A stretch of 58,441 nt of DNA, the filler included, from an uncultured bacterium (GTDB taxonomy: Bacteria; CAZSTA01): the NCBI GenBank assembly GCA_964609495.1. It is 2 parts of 2 records of this genome, joined end to end, with 100 filler letters (N's around TTAATTAATTAA, not from the genome) between each part and the next. Parts side by side here need not be neighbours in the genome. Positions count along the whole stretch, not along the records: positions 29,371 to 58,441 come from CAZSTA010000023.1; 1 more part is not named here. One strand, 5' to 3'. Shown piece by piece: positions 50,179-58,441 of this stretch (its first letter is position 1; each line of letters opens with the position of its first letter). A program made the position numbers and the translations under genes. The notes under the pieces are model-generated. The model was not told the DNA's origin. It did not search any database and was given only the letters and a program-made list of their open reading frames with translations.

Positions 50179-50259
50179 TTGCTCTTTATTCCCTCCTGAT
50201 AGTGAGCGTCTGATGAAAGCCTCATTCATCATCCACGATCGATATTTCACCTTTCTGAA

Positions 50260-51210
50260 TTAAGAGCGAATCTTTATCCTATTCAGGCGGAGTTCGTGAG
50301 AACCATCCTCCCTTGTGTATTCATAATAACAATAAATCTCATCCCCAACTTTCAAAGCATCTATATACCTTAGAGAACCAGTTCCATGCGGCGAGACGAA
50401 GAGAGGGCCATTATCACTTAGCCGATAATAACTTTTGAGATCAAAGCTGATCGCTAATCCTGCCCTCTCCTCACAGGATTCCCTCATTGTCTCTCCTCCA
50501 TCATAGTAGATGTAGAATAGCGGAGGAATACGGACGATAGATGTTATACGAGAGATCCCCACATCCCAACCTCGACTGCGAGGGAAGATCTCACCTACCC
50601 AATTGAAGTTGACGCCATCTCCACTCAGGGCCAAGGCAGTACCAGAACTTTGCCATCTGATTGGATGATAGTTTATGAACATATAGTATAACCCACCGAT
50701 TATCATCACATAAGGGTCCTTGATATGTCCCATCACTCCATCTATAGGGCGCATTATCTCCACTCTATCTCTGGGATCGAAATTGGCTGGCTTATCCGCC
50801 TCCATCAGATCGATCTTCCATTTACCTAGCTTTATATCCTCGAAACTTATATATAATCTGTAAATTCCTTCGTAAGTCTTAACTAAAGAGGCTCTTTCGA
50901 TAGAGATCGCTCCGAAATCATCCTTTACTGCTGACCAGATATCGGCGAAGCGAACTCCATCTTTGCTCTCAGCTATACGACACTCAAAACCACGCTGTTT
51001 CGGATTTCCGGGATCTCTAGGATTCCTCAACCGATAATATAAGTAAAATCTCTTTGTCTCCCCATCGAAGATAGTGCTAACTGCACCACTCCAATATCCC
51101 GGACCATTTCCCGGAGGAGCTAATATCGTTACTCCTTCTTCTGGGTTGAAGAGGGGCGCAACACCTACCCATCTCTTAGCCTCAACTGTAGCTTTGTCTT
51201 CCAAGTTCAT
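50260..51210 (-). CDS. Five-bladed beta-propeller glycoside-hydrolase-like protein
   Basis: GYWSGA, LYYRLR.P, AESKDG, ERASL, KDPYV, SLRY and DGSHELR motifs. Confidence 0.6.
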   Translation of the reverse strand: MNLEDKATVEAKRWVGVAPLFNPEEGVTILAPPGNGPGYWSGAVSTIFDGETKRFYLYYRLRNPRDPGNPKQRGFECRIAESKDGVRFADIWSAVKDDFGAISIERASLVKTYEGIYRLYISFEDIKLGKWKIDLMEADKPANFDPRDRVEIMRPIDGVMGHIKDPYVMIIGGLYYMFINYHPIRWQSSGTALALSGDGVNFNWVGEIFPRSRGWDVGISRITSIVRIPPLFYIYYDGGETMRESCEERAGLAISFDLKSYYRLSDNGPLFVSPHGTGSLRYIDALKVGDEIYCYYEYTREDGSHELRLNRIKIRS

Positions 51211-51329
51211 ATTTATCCTCCCTATAATAAATATATTTATTCAATATGCTTTTAGTATATCATAACTGGAGAGATTCTTCAACAAGTTATGATACCAATC
51301 GATTTTACATATATGTCTATTGATAAAAT

Positions 51330-51358
51330 TTGACAGTTTAGCCGATAATTGATATAAT
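51330..51358 (+). promoter_or_regulatory. Consensus sigma70 promoter
   Basis: TTGACA-N17-TATAAT with TGn extension. Confidence 0.75.
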
Positions 51359-51707
51359 TACAAACAAGAGGTGAATTATACGAGCGCTGATAGAGAAACG
51401 ATCAGGGAACAGAATCATTTGATTGACAGTTTCTTACTTAATTCTAGCTATTGACCAGCTTGGGACATTATGCGAGTTAATTTAGTAACATCTTAGAAAC
51501 AACTTAAAGTGAGCGAGTGATGAGATTTAGAGATAACTGTTATCTATTTAATTCTTCAATTTGGCGGATAATAGAGCCGAAGGGTGATATCTATAGAGCG
51601 GCGATTATTGACTCTTAATGATCGGCGCTATCTTAATTCTGAGAAGGAAGGCAAGTAGCACTTATTGCTACTTTAATATTATAATTATAGGAGGAGAGGT
51701 TTGGGAT

Positions 51708-52718
51708 ATGGAACATAAGATATTGGGGAAGACTGGATTAGAGGTATCGATAATGGGACTCGGAGGTATTCCAATTCAGAGTGTGAGCTTCGGAGAGGCT
51801 CAAAGAGTCGTGGAGCGAGCTTTAGATTTAGGAGTAACCTTCATCGATACAGCTAGATCTTACACTAACAGTGAGGAGAAGATTGGTCAAGTTATGAAGA
51901 GGAGGAGAGGTGAATGTATTCTGGCATCCAAAGTTTTCCGTCGCTCTAAGAAGGAGGCCGAGGAGGATATTAATACTAGTCTCCGAAATCTCAAGACGGA
52001 TATGATCGATCTCTACCAACTCCATGATGTGAGCAGGGAAAGGGATTACGAGCGAATATTTGGACCTAATGGAGCTTTAGAGGCGGTTAAAAAGGCTCGA
52101 GAGCAAGGGAAAATTAGATTCATCGGCGTATCTGGACATCGTCAGGAATTACTATTACGTTTAATAAAGACCGGTGAATTCGATACTGTGCAACTTCCAG
52201 TGAACGCCGCCGATTTGGATATCGCTAAGGCAGTGACACCAGTGGCTAGAGAGATGAATCTAGGGATTATCGGGATGAAGGCTTTCGCCGGGGGCAATTT
52301 CAAAGACGTAAAAGTAGCCCTAAGATTCGCCTTAGATCAGGATGTTTCGGTGGTTATTCCGGGGATGAAGAAGGTCTCGGAAGTGGAGGAAAATATAGGA
52401 ATAGCCAACTCCTTCAAACCTCTTACTGATGAAGAGAGGGAAGTACTATTGGAGGAGGCTAAGCAGTTAGGAGCTAACTTCTGTCGTCAATGTGGATACT
52501 GTCAGCCTTGCCCAGAGGGGGTAGATATACCAAAGATACTCCTTTTAGAGAGGTATTACAGTCGTTATTGGCTGAAGGATGTGGCAACAGAGCAGTATCG
52601 GAAATTAGATGTGAAGGCGGATAGTTGTGTCGAGTGTGGGGAGTGTGAGGAGAAGTGTCCCTACCAATTACCTGTTAGAGAATTGTTGAAGGAAGCGCAT
52701 ATGCATTTAAGAGTTTGA
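51708..52718 (+). CDS. Aldo/keto reductase with C-terminal 4Fe-4S domain
   Basis: LGKTGLEVS..GLGG, DTARSY, DLYQLH and GVSGH motifs; CRQCGYCQPCP and CVECGECEEKCP. Confidence 0.92.
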   Translation: MEHKILGKTGLEVSIMGLGGIPIQSVSFGEAQRVVERALDLGVTFIDTARSYTNSEEKIGQVMKRRRGECILASKVFRRSKKEAEEDINTSLRNLKTDMIDLYQLHDVSRERDYERIFGPNGALEAVKKAREQGKIRFIGVSGHRQELLLRLIKTGEFDTVQLPVNAADLDIAKAVTPVAREMNLGIIGMKAFAGGNFKDVKVALRFALDQDVSVVIPGMKKVSEVEENIGIANSFKPLTDEEREVLLEEAKQLGANFCRQCGYCQPCPEGVDIPKILLLERYYSRYWLKDVATEQYRKLDVKADSCVECGECEEKCPYQLPVRELLKEAHMHLRV

Positions 52719-52804
52719 TATTTAAGGCTGAATTTCCCGGGAGTCATATCCTCACCTGTGTCCGAAGAACGAGGGGGGTAGTTTCAACTCCATATCGAAT
52801 TTTG

Positions 52805-52833
52805 TTGACATCGCTTGGGCTAGATGTTATAAT
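52805..52833 (+). promoter_or_regulatory. Consensus sigma70 promoter of the rsb operon
   Basis: TTGACA-N17-TATAAT with TGn extension. Confidence 0.8.
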
Positions 52834-52913
52834 AGAGTATCGTCTAAGGAATTCATCCGCGATATAGGGGGAATTTCACTAGATTTTATTCTCTATCTAG
52901 GGAAGGAGAAGCT

Positions 52914-53276
52914 ATGCAGACAATACCAATTATAAAAATAGAGGAGTTCCTGATAGTATCAATACAGATTGAGCTTCACGATAAGCTTGCTTTACAACTG
53001 CAAGATGATATATTAAGGGAAGTTAAGAGAACTGGAGCTAAGGGAGTATTGATAGATCTAACGGCCGTTGATATCGTGGATAGCTTTATGGGAAGGCTTC
53101 TAACTGAGACAGCGCTTATGGTCAAGATACTGGGGGCAGAGACGGTAGTAGTTGGTATCCAGCCAGAGGTGGCGATAACACTGGTCGAATTAGGCTTAGA
53201 TCTAAGGGGGGTTTATCTAGCTTTGAATGCGGAATTGGGAATAGCCCTCTTGAGGAGGATAAGAAGAAGGGGTTAA
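52914..53276 (+). CDS. rsbS: Stressosome STAS protein RsbS
   Basis: IPIIKI, LIVSIQ.ELHD, VDSFMGR phospho-Ser motif, GIQPEVAITLVELG. Confidence 0.92.
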   Translation: MQTIPIIKIEEFLIVSIQIELHDKLALQLQDDILREVKRTGAKGVLIDLTAVDIVDSFMGRLLTETALMVKILGAETVVVGIQPEVAITLVELGLDLRGVYLALNAELGIALLRRIRRRG

Positions 53277-53279
53277 GCT

Positions 53280-53711
53280 ATGATTGAACCTGAGAGTGTG
53301 GAGATAAGAGTTATGGTTGAACCTAAGAGCGTCCAGATAAGAGGAGAACCCGATATCGTTACCGCTCGTCAGATGGTAAGGCATATGGCGAAAGATATCG
53401 GCTTCTCGATGACGGATCAGATCAAAATAGCTACAGGCGTATCCGAATTAACGAGGAATATCGTTCGATATACCGAAGGTGGGAGAGTGGATGTAAAAGA
53501 GATAATTCGCAACGAAAGACGGGGAATAGAGATAGTATGTGTGGATAAGGGACAAGGGATATCTGATGTGGAGCTTGCGATGAAGGATGGCTACACAACC
53601 TCAGGAGGGTTAGGGGAAGGCCTTCCCGGTACTAAAAGATTGATGGATGAATTTGAGATAGAAAGCACTGTCGGGGTAGGAACTAAGGTCGTTTGTCGAA
53701 AGTGGCTCTGA
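53280..53711 (+). CDS. rsbT: Ser/Thr kinase RsbT, copy 1
   Basis: DIVTARQ, SELTRNI, DKGQGI..AMKDGYTTSGGLGEGLPG and KW motifs. Confidence 0.92.
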   Translation: MIEPESVEIRVMVEPKSVQIRGEPDIVTARQMVRHMAKDIGFSMTDQIKIATGVSELTRNIVRYTEGGRVDVKEIIRNERRGIEIVCVDKGQGISDVELAMKDGYTTSGGLGEGLPGTKRLMDEFEIESTVGVGTKVVCRKWL

Positions 53712-53713
53712 TA

Positions 53714-54133
53714 ATGGTGGCTTATTTGTTAGAAAAGGAAATTTTCGAGGTAAAAGGAGAATATCAGATCTTAATAGTAGGGACGAGGTGCAAGGAGATA
53801 GCAAGATCGCTTGGCTTTTCCTTAAAAGAGCAAACGGAAATTGCCATATCTGCTTCCGAGATAGCATCTAATATAGTTTATCATGCTAAAGGTGGAGGAA
53901 TGGTTGTAGTGGAGATCATCTCCGAGGAGGGAAGAAGAGGCATCGAGATAAGAGGGGAGGATAAGGGACCAGGGATAGAAAATATAGAGTTAGCTCTTCA
54001 AGATGGTTACTCCACTATTGGTAGTATAGGTGGCGGCTTACCTGCCTTGAGAAGATTAATGGACTTCTTCCAGATCGAATCGGAATTAGGAAAAGGAACC
54101 AAGGTGGTTGTGAGGAAATGGCTGAAAAAGTAA
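53714..54133 (+). CDS. rsbT: Ser/Thr kinase RsbT, copy 2
   Basis: SEIASNI, DKGPGI..ALQDGYST..GGGLP..RLMD and RKW motifs. Confidence 0.88.
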   Translation: MVAYLLEKEIFEVKGEYQILIVGTRCKEIARSLGFSLKEQTEIAISASEIASNIVYHAKGGGMVVVEIISEEGRRGIEIRGEDKGPGIENIELALQDGYSTIGSIGGGLPALRRLMDFFQIESELGKGTKVVVRKWLKK

Positions 54134-54702
54134 ATATAGAGGTCGGAGTAGTCTCCCGCCCTCATCCCAGCGAAGTAAATAATGGGGATGGATATTTTAT
54201 AAAGGAATTTGGGAATAAGATACTCTTCTCGGTGATAGATGGTTTGGGGCATGGAGATGGAGCGCATAAAGCTACGGAAAAAGCCAAATCGGCTCTGGAA
54301 TCTCTTTACTCCAGAGGTTTAGTAAATATAATCGAGTCCCTCCACCAAAGAGTGCGCTCTACCCGAGGAGTCGTCATTGGGCTTCTCCTCTTAGATCTCG
54401 AAAACTCCGAACTCCATTATGTAGGTATAGGAAATATAACAGTCAAAGTTCTGGCTGGCGAGAAGATTGGCTTGTTATCATATAATGGTATAGTAGGACA
54501 GAATGTGCGAAAGATAAAGGAATTCGTCTCTCCTTATAAACCCAGCTATGTTATAATTATGCACTCTGATGGGATCCGCAGCCGCTTCGATCAAGATAAT
54601 TTACAGTTAGATCTTCCAGCTCAGGAATTAGCGAGTCATATAGAGAGTGAGTATGGACGATCAAACGATGATGCCACAATTATGGTTATTAAGATTAAGT
54701 GA
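54118..54702 (+). CDS. rsbX: PP2C/SpoIIE-family phosphatase RsbX
   Basis: NGD, IDGLGHG, TRG, GIGNI, HSDG and DDAT motifs. Confidence 0.88.
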   Translation: MAEKVNIEVGVVSRPHPSEVNNGDGYFIKEFGNKILFSVIDGLGHGDGAHKATEKAKSALESLYSRGLVNIIESLHQRVRSTRGVVIGLLLLDLENSELHYVGIGNITVKVLAGEKIGLLSYNGIVGQNVRKIKEFVSPYKPSYVIIMHSDGIRSRFDQDNLQLDLPAQELASHIESEYGRSNDDATIMVIKIK

Positions 54703-54747
54703 TCTACAGGGAGTTAGAAGGCAGTTAAGCAAAGGGAAGATCCTCAA

Positions 54748-56490
54748 ATGGAAAAATCTCTCGAAAAAAGGATAATTGAGCAAGATCGCTACCCAGTTTT
54801 GGCTATGCTTTTAATGTTGATCCTATTGTTATCGATCTCGGCTAGGATATATTCTATCTTTCCCTTCTCCTTGGGAGTTCTAATTATCTTTTCTCTCATC
54901 GTTATTTCGCTCTTTCTCACCACGAGGATGATATCCTCAAGCGTAATGGAAGATGATCTGCTGGAGAATTTAAGGGAGGAGAGCGAAAAGAGAACTCTGC
55001 GAAAATTGATGAAGCTTCCTCTCCATCTTTCTCTAATAACCTTCGCTACGATATTATTAGGAGGTATCGTGCTGGCGTATTGGGGCTCTCTATCCGGCGG
55101 ATGGAGGTTATCCATTGGCGATATTCTATGGTTATTTATACCAGTTGGGATCCTTATATCACTCGCCAGATATTTTTCCATAAGCATAATATCCACCTCT
55201 GCTATAGGCGAGCTACTGAAAGGACGGGAATCTATAGAAGCATCAGAGATCAGAGCAAGATATCTATCCTGGCAAGCGAGGGCGACTTTATTCATAATAA
55301 TCATCACCCTTCTTTCGATCATAATTATTGTTTATACCTATAATAGCTCTCCTTTTATAGCTATATTATCTGGTTCAGTGATCGCCTTTGCTACCGTTAT
55401 CCCCTTCTCGAATATGATAGCTCTTCCCACAGTCGAGTTAGAGCGAGAATTGAGGAGGATGAGCGAGGATGGTATTGTTCTCTCTCAGAGGTTGCCTTGG
55501 CGAGATAAGGGAGAACCCGCGTTTTGGTATAATAGATTTCTAGATGAGTTGGAGAATCGTTTCGATAGTATCCGCTCGGAGATAGACGAACTAAACAAGA
55601 GGCTTAATGAAATAACAGATAATAAGCGGATAATAAGTTCGAACATTACCAAGATCTCCCAGTTTATAACGAAGATGAGAACTGCCAAGGATTCCCGAGC
55701 CCACGATATCGAGGATATAGATAAGCTATTCTCCCAGATCACAAACTCTATGGATCAGATCAGCTCGATCTTCCAAACAACTACTCGTGCGGGGGATGAT
55801 ACCCTTCAAATAGCTGATCAGAATAGAGATGAGGTGACGAAGGCTAATACCTATCTTTTAGATATCTCAGGGGCAGTGGAAGTTTCCCTAGATATGTCGA
55901 GGGAATTAATAGAATCGATGAAGAATATCGAGGAATTTCTCGATATGATCAAGAATATCGCTGGAAGGACGAGGGTTCTCTCCTTTAACGCCGCTATCGA
56001 GGCGGCTAGAAGTGGTGTGGCGGGAAGAGGCTTCTCGGTAGTCGCTGAGGAGATGCAGGATCTATCTGATGGAAGTGCTAAAGCCGCCGAACAGGTTGAG
56101 GAATCGATCAATGATATTCGCGAGAAGCTGATGGACTTCTCAGATATGATGCAACTGAATGCTGAGAAGATCGAGACAGCTAGAGATATATCGCGAGGGA
56201 TGAGTCTTGCGTCAGAGTCGATGATCAATTCCGTCACTAGTCTGAGCAACGATATAGCCAAGATAAGGGAGAAGATAGAGAATAATCGAGATAATATCGA
56301 AAAGGCCTCGGATGGATTAGCATCTATGTTGGAGAATCTAAGGAGATATTCGGATGAGGTGAGACCCGGGGATGAGTTCGGCAGTGAATTAGAAGAGACT
56401 TATAGAGAGATGCAAGATGACCTTGATACCTTAAAAGGGATAGTAAATAGGTTGAAAAATGAGATAAAGGAATTAGAAAGGAGAAAATAA
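54748..56490 (+). CDS. Methyl-accepting chemotaxis-like protein with multi-TM N-terminus
   Basis: About six TMs, HAMP-like segment, FNAAIEAARSG.AGRGFSVVAEE hairpin tip. Confidence 0.85.
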   Translation: MEKSLEKRIIEQDRYPVLAMLLMLILLLSISARIYSIFPFSLGVLIIFSLIVISLFLTTRMISSSVMEDDLLENLREESEKRTLRKLMKLPLHLSLITFATILLGGIVLAYWGSLSGGWRLSIGDILWLFIPVGILISLARYFSISIISTSAIGELLKGRESIEASEIRARYLSWQARATLFIIIITLLSIIIIVYTYNSSPFIAILSGSVIAFATVIPFSNMIALPTVELERELRRMSEDGIVLSQRLPWRDKGEPAFWYNRFLDELENRFDSIRSEIDELNKRLNEITDNKRIISSNITKISQFITKMRTAKDSRAHDIEDIDKLFSQITNSMDQISSIFQTTTRAGDDTLQIADQNRDEVTKANTYLLDISGAVEVSLDMSRELIESMKNIEEFLDMIKNIAGRTRVLSFNAAIEAARSGVAGRGFSVVAEEMQDLSDGSAKAAEQVEESINDIREKLMDFSDMMQLNAEKIETARDISRGMSLASESMINSVTSLSNDIAKIREKIENNRDNIEKASDGLASMLENLRRYSDEVRPGDEFGSELEETYREMQDDLDTLKGIVNRLKNEIKELERRK

Positions 56491-56491
56491 T

Positions 56492-58441
56492 ATGAAAATA
56501 GCTAAGAATAATTTGGTCCTATTGTCTATCCTATTGGGACTATATCTTATAATCCCCTTCCAGATCTGTTTAAGTGCCGAGAATGATGAGCTAAATATCA
56601 TTTTCATCTTAGACGCCTCGGGGAGTATGACCAAGGAGATAGAGGGGGGAAGTAAGATAGAGATCGCCAAGAGAGTCTTAACTTCTCTTATCGATGAGCT
56701 ACCCGAAGGGGTAAATGTCGGATTAGAGACCTATGGACATAAAGGTGGAGAAAGTTGTAAGGTGGAGATGATTGTTCCTATCGGTCCTCTGAACAGGGAT
56801 CTGCTGAAGGCTCGGATTTCCTCCATAGTTCCCCAGGGAAGGACTCCGATAACTCTCTCCTTACAAGAGGCTGTCAAACAGTTGAAGCCCCTGGAGGGGA
56901 AGAACTCGATAATCCTCATCAGCGATGGACAGGAGACTTGTGCTGGTGATCCTTGTTCGGCAGTCGAGGACTTGAAGGAGGCTGGGATCGAATTCGAGAT
57001 ACATGTCATCGGATTCGATGTGGTGGAGTTAGAGAGAAGGCAGTTAAGGTGTATCGCTAAGGCTGGAGGAGGGAAATACTATAGCGCCGATACTGCCGAT
57101 CAGTTGGAGTTGGTAACGAAAGAAGCCGCTCAAGAGGCAATTGAGGTTAAATCCGAGCGAAAGAGGATTAAGATCGGCGGTCCGGGAACTTTGGCTTGGA
57201 AACCTGCCTCTTGGATAAATCTTCGGTATTGGACCATATATAAAGCCGATACTGGCGAGAAAATTCAGAGCGGTAATAATTGGCAACCCCAGGTTTTACC
57301 TATGGGCGATTATATAGTAGCGATCCGTCAGAATAATACCGATCTGGAGGTAAAGCCTCTCCTTAAAGAGATCACCATAGAATCGGGCAAGACGACTGAG
57401 GTAGTATTAAATACTGGTCTCAAGTGGGCAAATACCGATTGGGTCGATCTTTGGTATTATGTTGTCACCTCTCAAGAGACTGGAGAGAAGATTCAAAGCG
57501 CCACCTCTTGGGAGACTCAACTCCTACCTCCTGGCAGATATATCATATCCATTCGTCAGGAAAGCACTGAACTTGAAGCTCCGGTAGCTGAAGTGGATAT
57601 CGGAGAGGGAGATGTTACTGAGATATCGCTCGAGACGGGTATAAGTTGGCGAAATACGGATTGGGTCAATCTCTGGTATTGGGCTATCTATGACGCCGAG
57701 GGGGAAGAGAAGGTCCAGTCAGGCACTACATTATCACCTCAAGCATTAGCGGACGGCGAATATATGATATATACTCGCCAGAATAATACGGACAGGGAGG
57801 TCCCGATAGCTCGGATAGAGCTAAAGGAGGGGGAGATCGAGGAGATATGGTTTGATACAGGTTTGACTTGGAGTGTTGCAGATTGGGCTGATGTCTGGTA
57901 TTGGGCGATTTATGACGCGGAGAGTGGCGAGAAGATTCAGGCTGTTACCACCAGGGATGCCCAACTTCTTCCCACTGGCAAGTATAAGATCACCATTCGC
58001 CAAAACAATACGGATAAGGAAGTCCAAATCGCTGAGGTGGAGATCAAGACTGGAGAGATTATAGATTTGGCTTTAGATACAGGTCTATCATGGAGCCCTG
58101 CAGATTGGATCGATCTCTGGTATTGGGCGGTCTATGACGCGGAGAGTGGCGAGAAGATTCAGGCTGTTACTACTTGGGATCCTCAAGCTCTACCCCCTGG
58201 TAAATACAGAATCACTATTCGCCAGAATAATACGGACAGGGAAGTCGATATTCTAGGAGAGGATTTAACTATATCTCCCGGAGATAAGGTAAACGTGGTA
58301 TTGAATACAGGTGTTATTCTCATTCCCAGCGAAGAGCATAAAGACAATCTGGGGTACTGGGCGATCTACAAAGCTGGAACTGATGAGAAGATCCAGAGTG
58401 TTACTTCGTGGGATGCCCAAGTATTAGCAGAAGGGAAATAT
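56492..58441 (+). CDS. Secreted vWA-domain protein with tandem 74-aa Trp-rich repeats (runs off the window; not in the ORF track)
   Basis: ATG 56492 behind AAAGGAG; signal peptide; LDASGSM, TP, ISDGQETCAGDPC and HVIGF motifs; frame open to 58441. Confidence 0.88.
   Translation, partial: MKIAKNNLVLLSILLGLYLIIPFQICLSAENDELNIIFILDASGSMTKEIEGGSKIEIAKRVLTSLIDELPEGVNVGLETYGHKGGESCKVEMIVPIGPLNRDLLKARISSIVPQGRTPITLSLQEAVKQLKPLEGKNSIILISDGQETCAGDPCSAVEDLKEAGIEFEIHVIGFDVVELERRQLRCIAKAGGGKYYSADTADQLELVTKEAAQEAIEVKSERKRIKIGGPGTLAWKPASWINLRYWTIYKADTGEKIQSGNNWQPQVLPMGDYIVAIRQNNTDLEVKPLLKEITIESGKTTEVVLNTGLKWANTDWVDLWYYVVTSQETGEKIQSATSWETQLLPPGRYIISIRQESTELEAPVAEVDIGEGDVTEISLETGISWRNTDWVNLWYWAIYDAEGEEKVQSGTTLSPQALADGEYMIYTRQNNTDREVPIARIELKEGEIEEIWFDTGLTWSVADWADVWYWAIYDAESGEKIQAVTTRDAQLLPTGKYKITIRQNNTDKEVQIAEVEIKTGEIIDLALDTGLSWSPADWIDLWYWAVYDAESGEKIQAVTTWDPQALPPGKYRITIRQNNTDREVDILGEDLTISPGDKVNVVLNTGVILIPSEEHKDNLGYWAIYKAGTDEKIQSVTSWDAQVLAEGKY

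Noticed and set aside
50186-50255. Hammerhead core (CTGATGA) or receiver-domain remnant (ISIVDDE*GF on the minus strand)
   Set aside because: No stem II/GAAA for a hammerhead; the peptide match is too short to call a pseudogene
52740-52791. Further IS605-like right end (..GAGGGGGGTAGTTTCAAC)
   Set aside because: The hairpin is poor and does not match the other ends in the window

Overview
About 58 kb of chromosome from an anaerobic, probably diderm, uncultured-type bacterium (CooS, 2-oxoacid:ferredoxin oxidoreductase subunits, a lipoprotein, a beta-barrel, TolB-like repeats). One scaffold gap contains an artificial TTAATTAATTAA linker (29271-29370). Gene content in order: Zn-dehydrogenase; REC-HisKA regulator; a giant secreted TPR/PD40 gene interrupted by one in-frame TAG; a sugar cluster with three fucose/arabinose-isomerase paralogues, two kinases and a creatininase-like hydrolase; korB/korC without an alpha subunit; DUF4838; a Zn protease; a solitary holin-like gene; tRNA-Trp; a beta-helix protein; ECF sigma/anti-sigma/VIT-vWA; yvcK-rapZ; subtilase plus beta-barrel; a UroD/MtaA-family enzyme; a transglutaminase-like/FlgD-Ig/PEGA-FGE trio; cooS; NIL-ferredoxin; groESL; an ABC exporter; an aldo/keto reductase; and an RsbR-less rsbS-T-T-X operon followed by an MCP and a vWA protein with 74-aa Trp-rich repeats that is absent from the ORF track. 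The intergenic DNA carries at least four families of small palindromic elements. One is an IS200/IS605 right end with a TnpB omega-RNA-like scaffold, although no tnpA or tnpB lies in the window. No CRISPR array, rRNA, transposase, integrase or reverse transcriptase was seen. All family calls come from motif recognition by eye, not from database searches.
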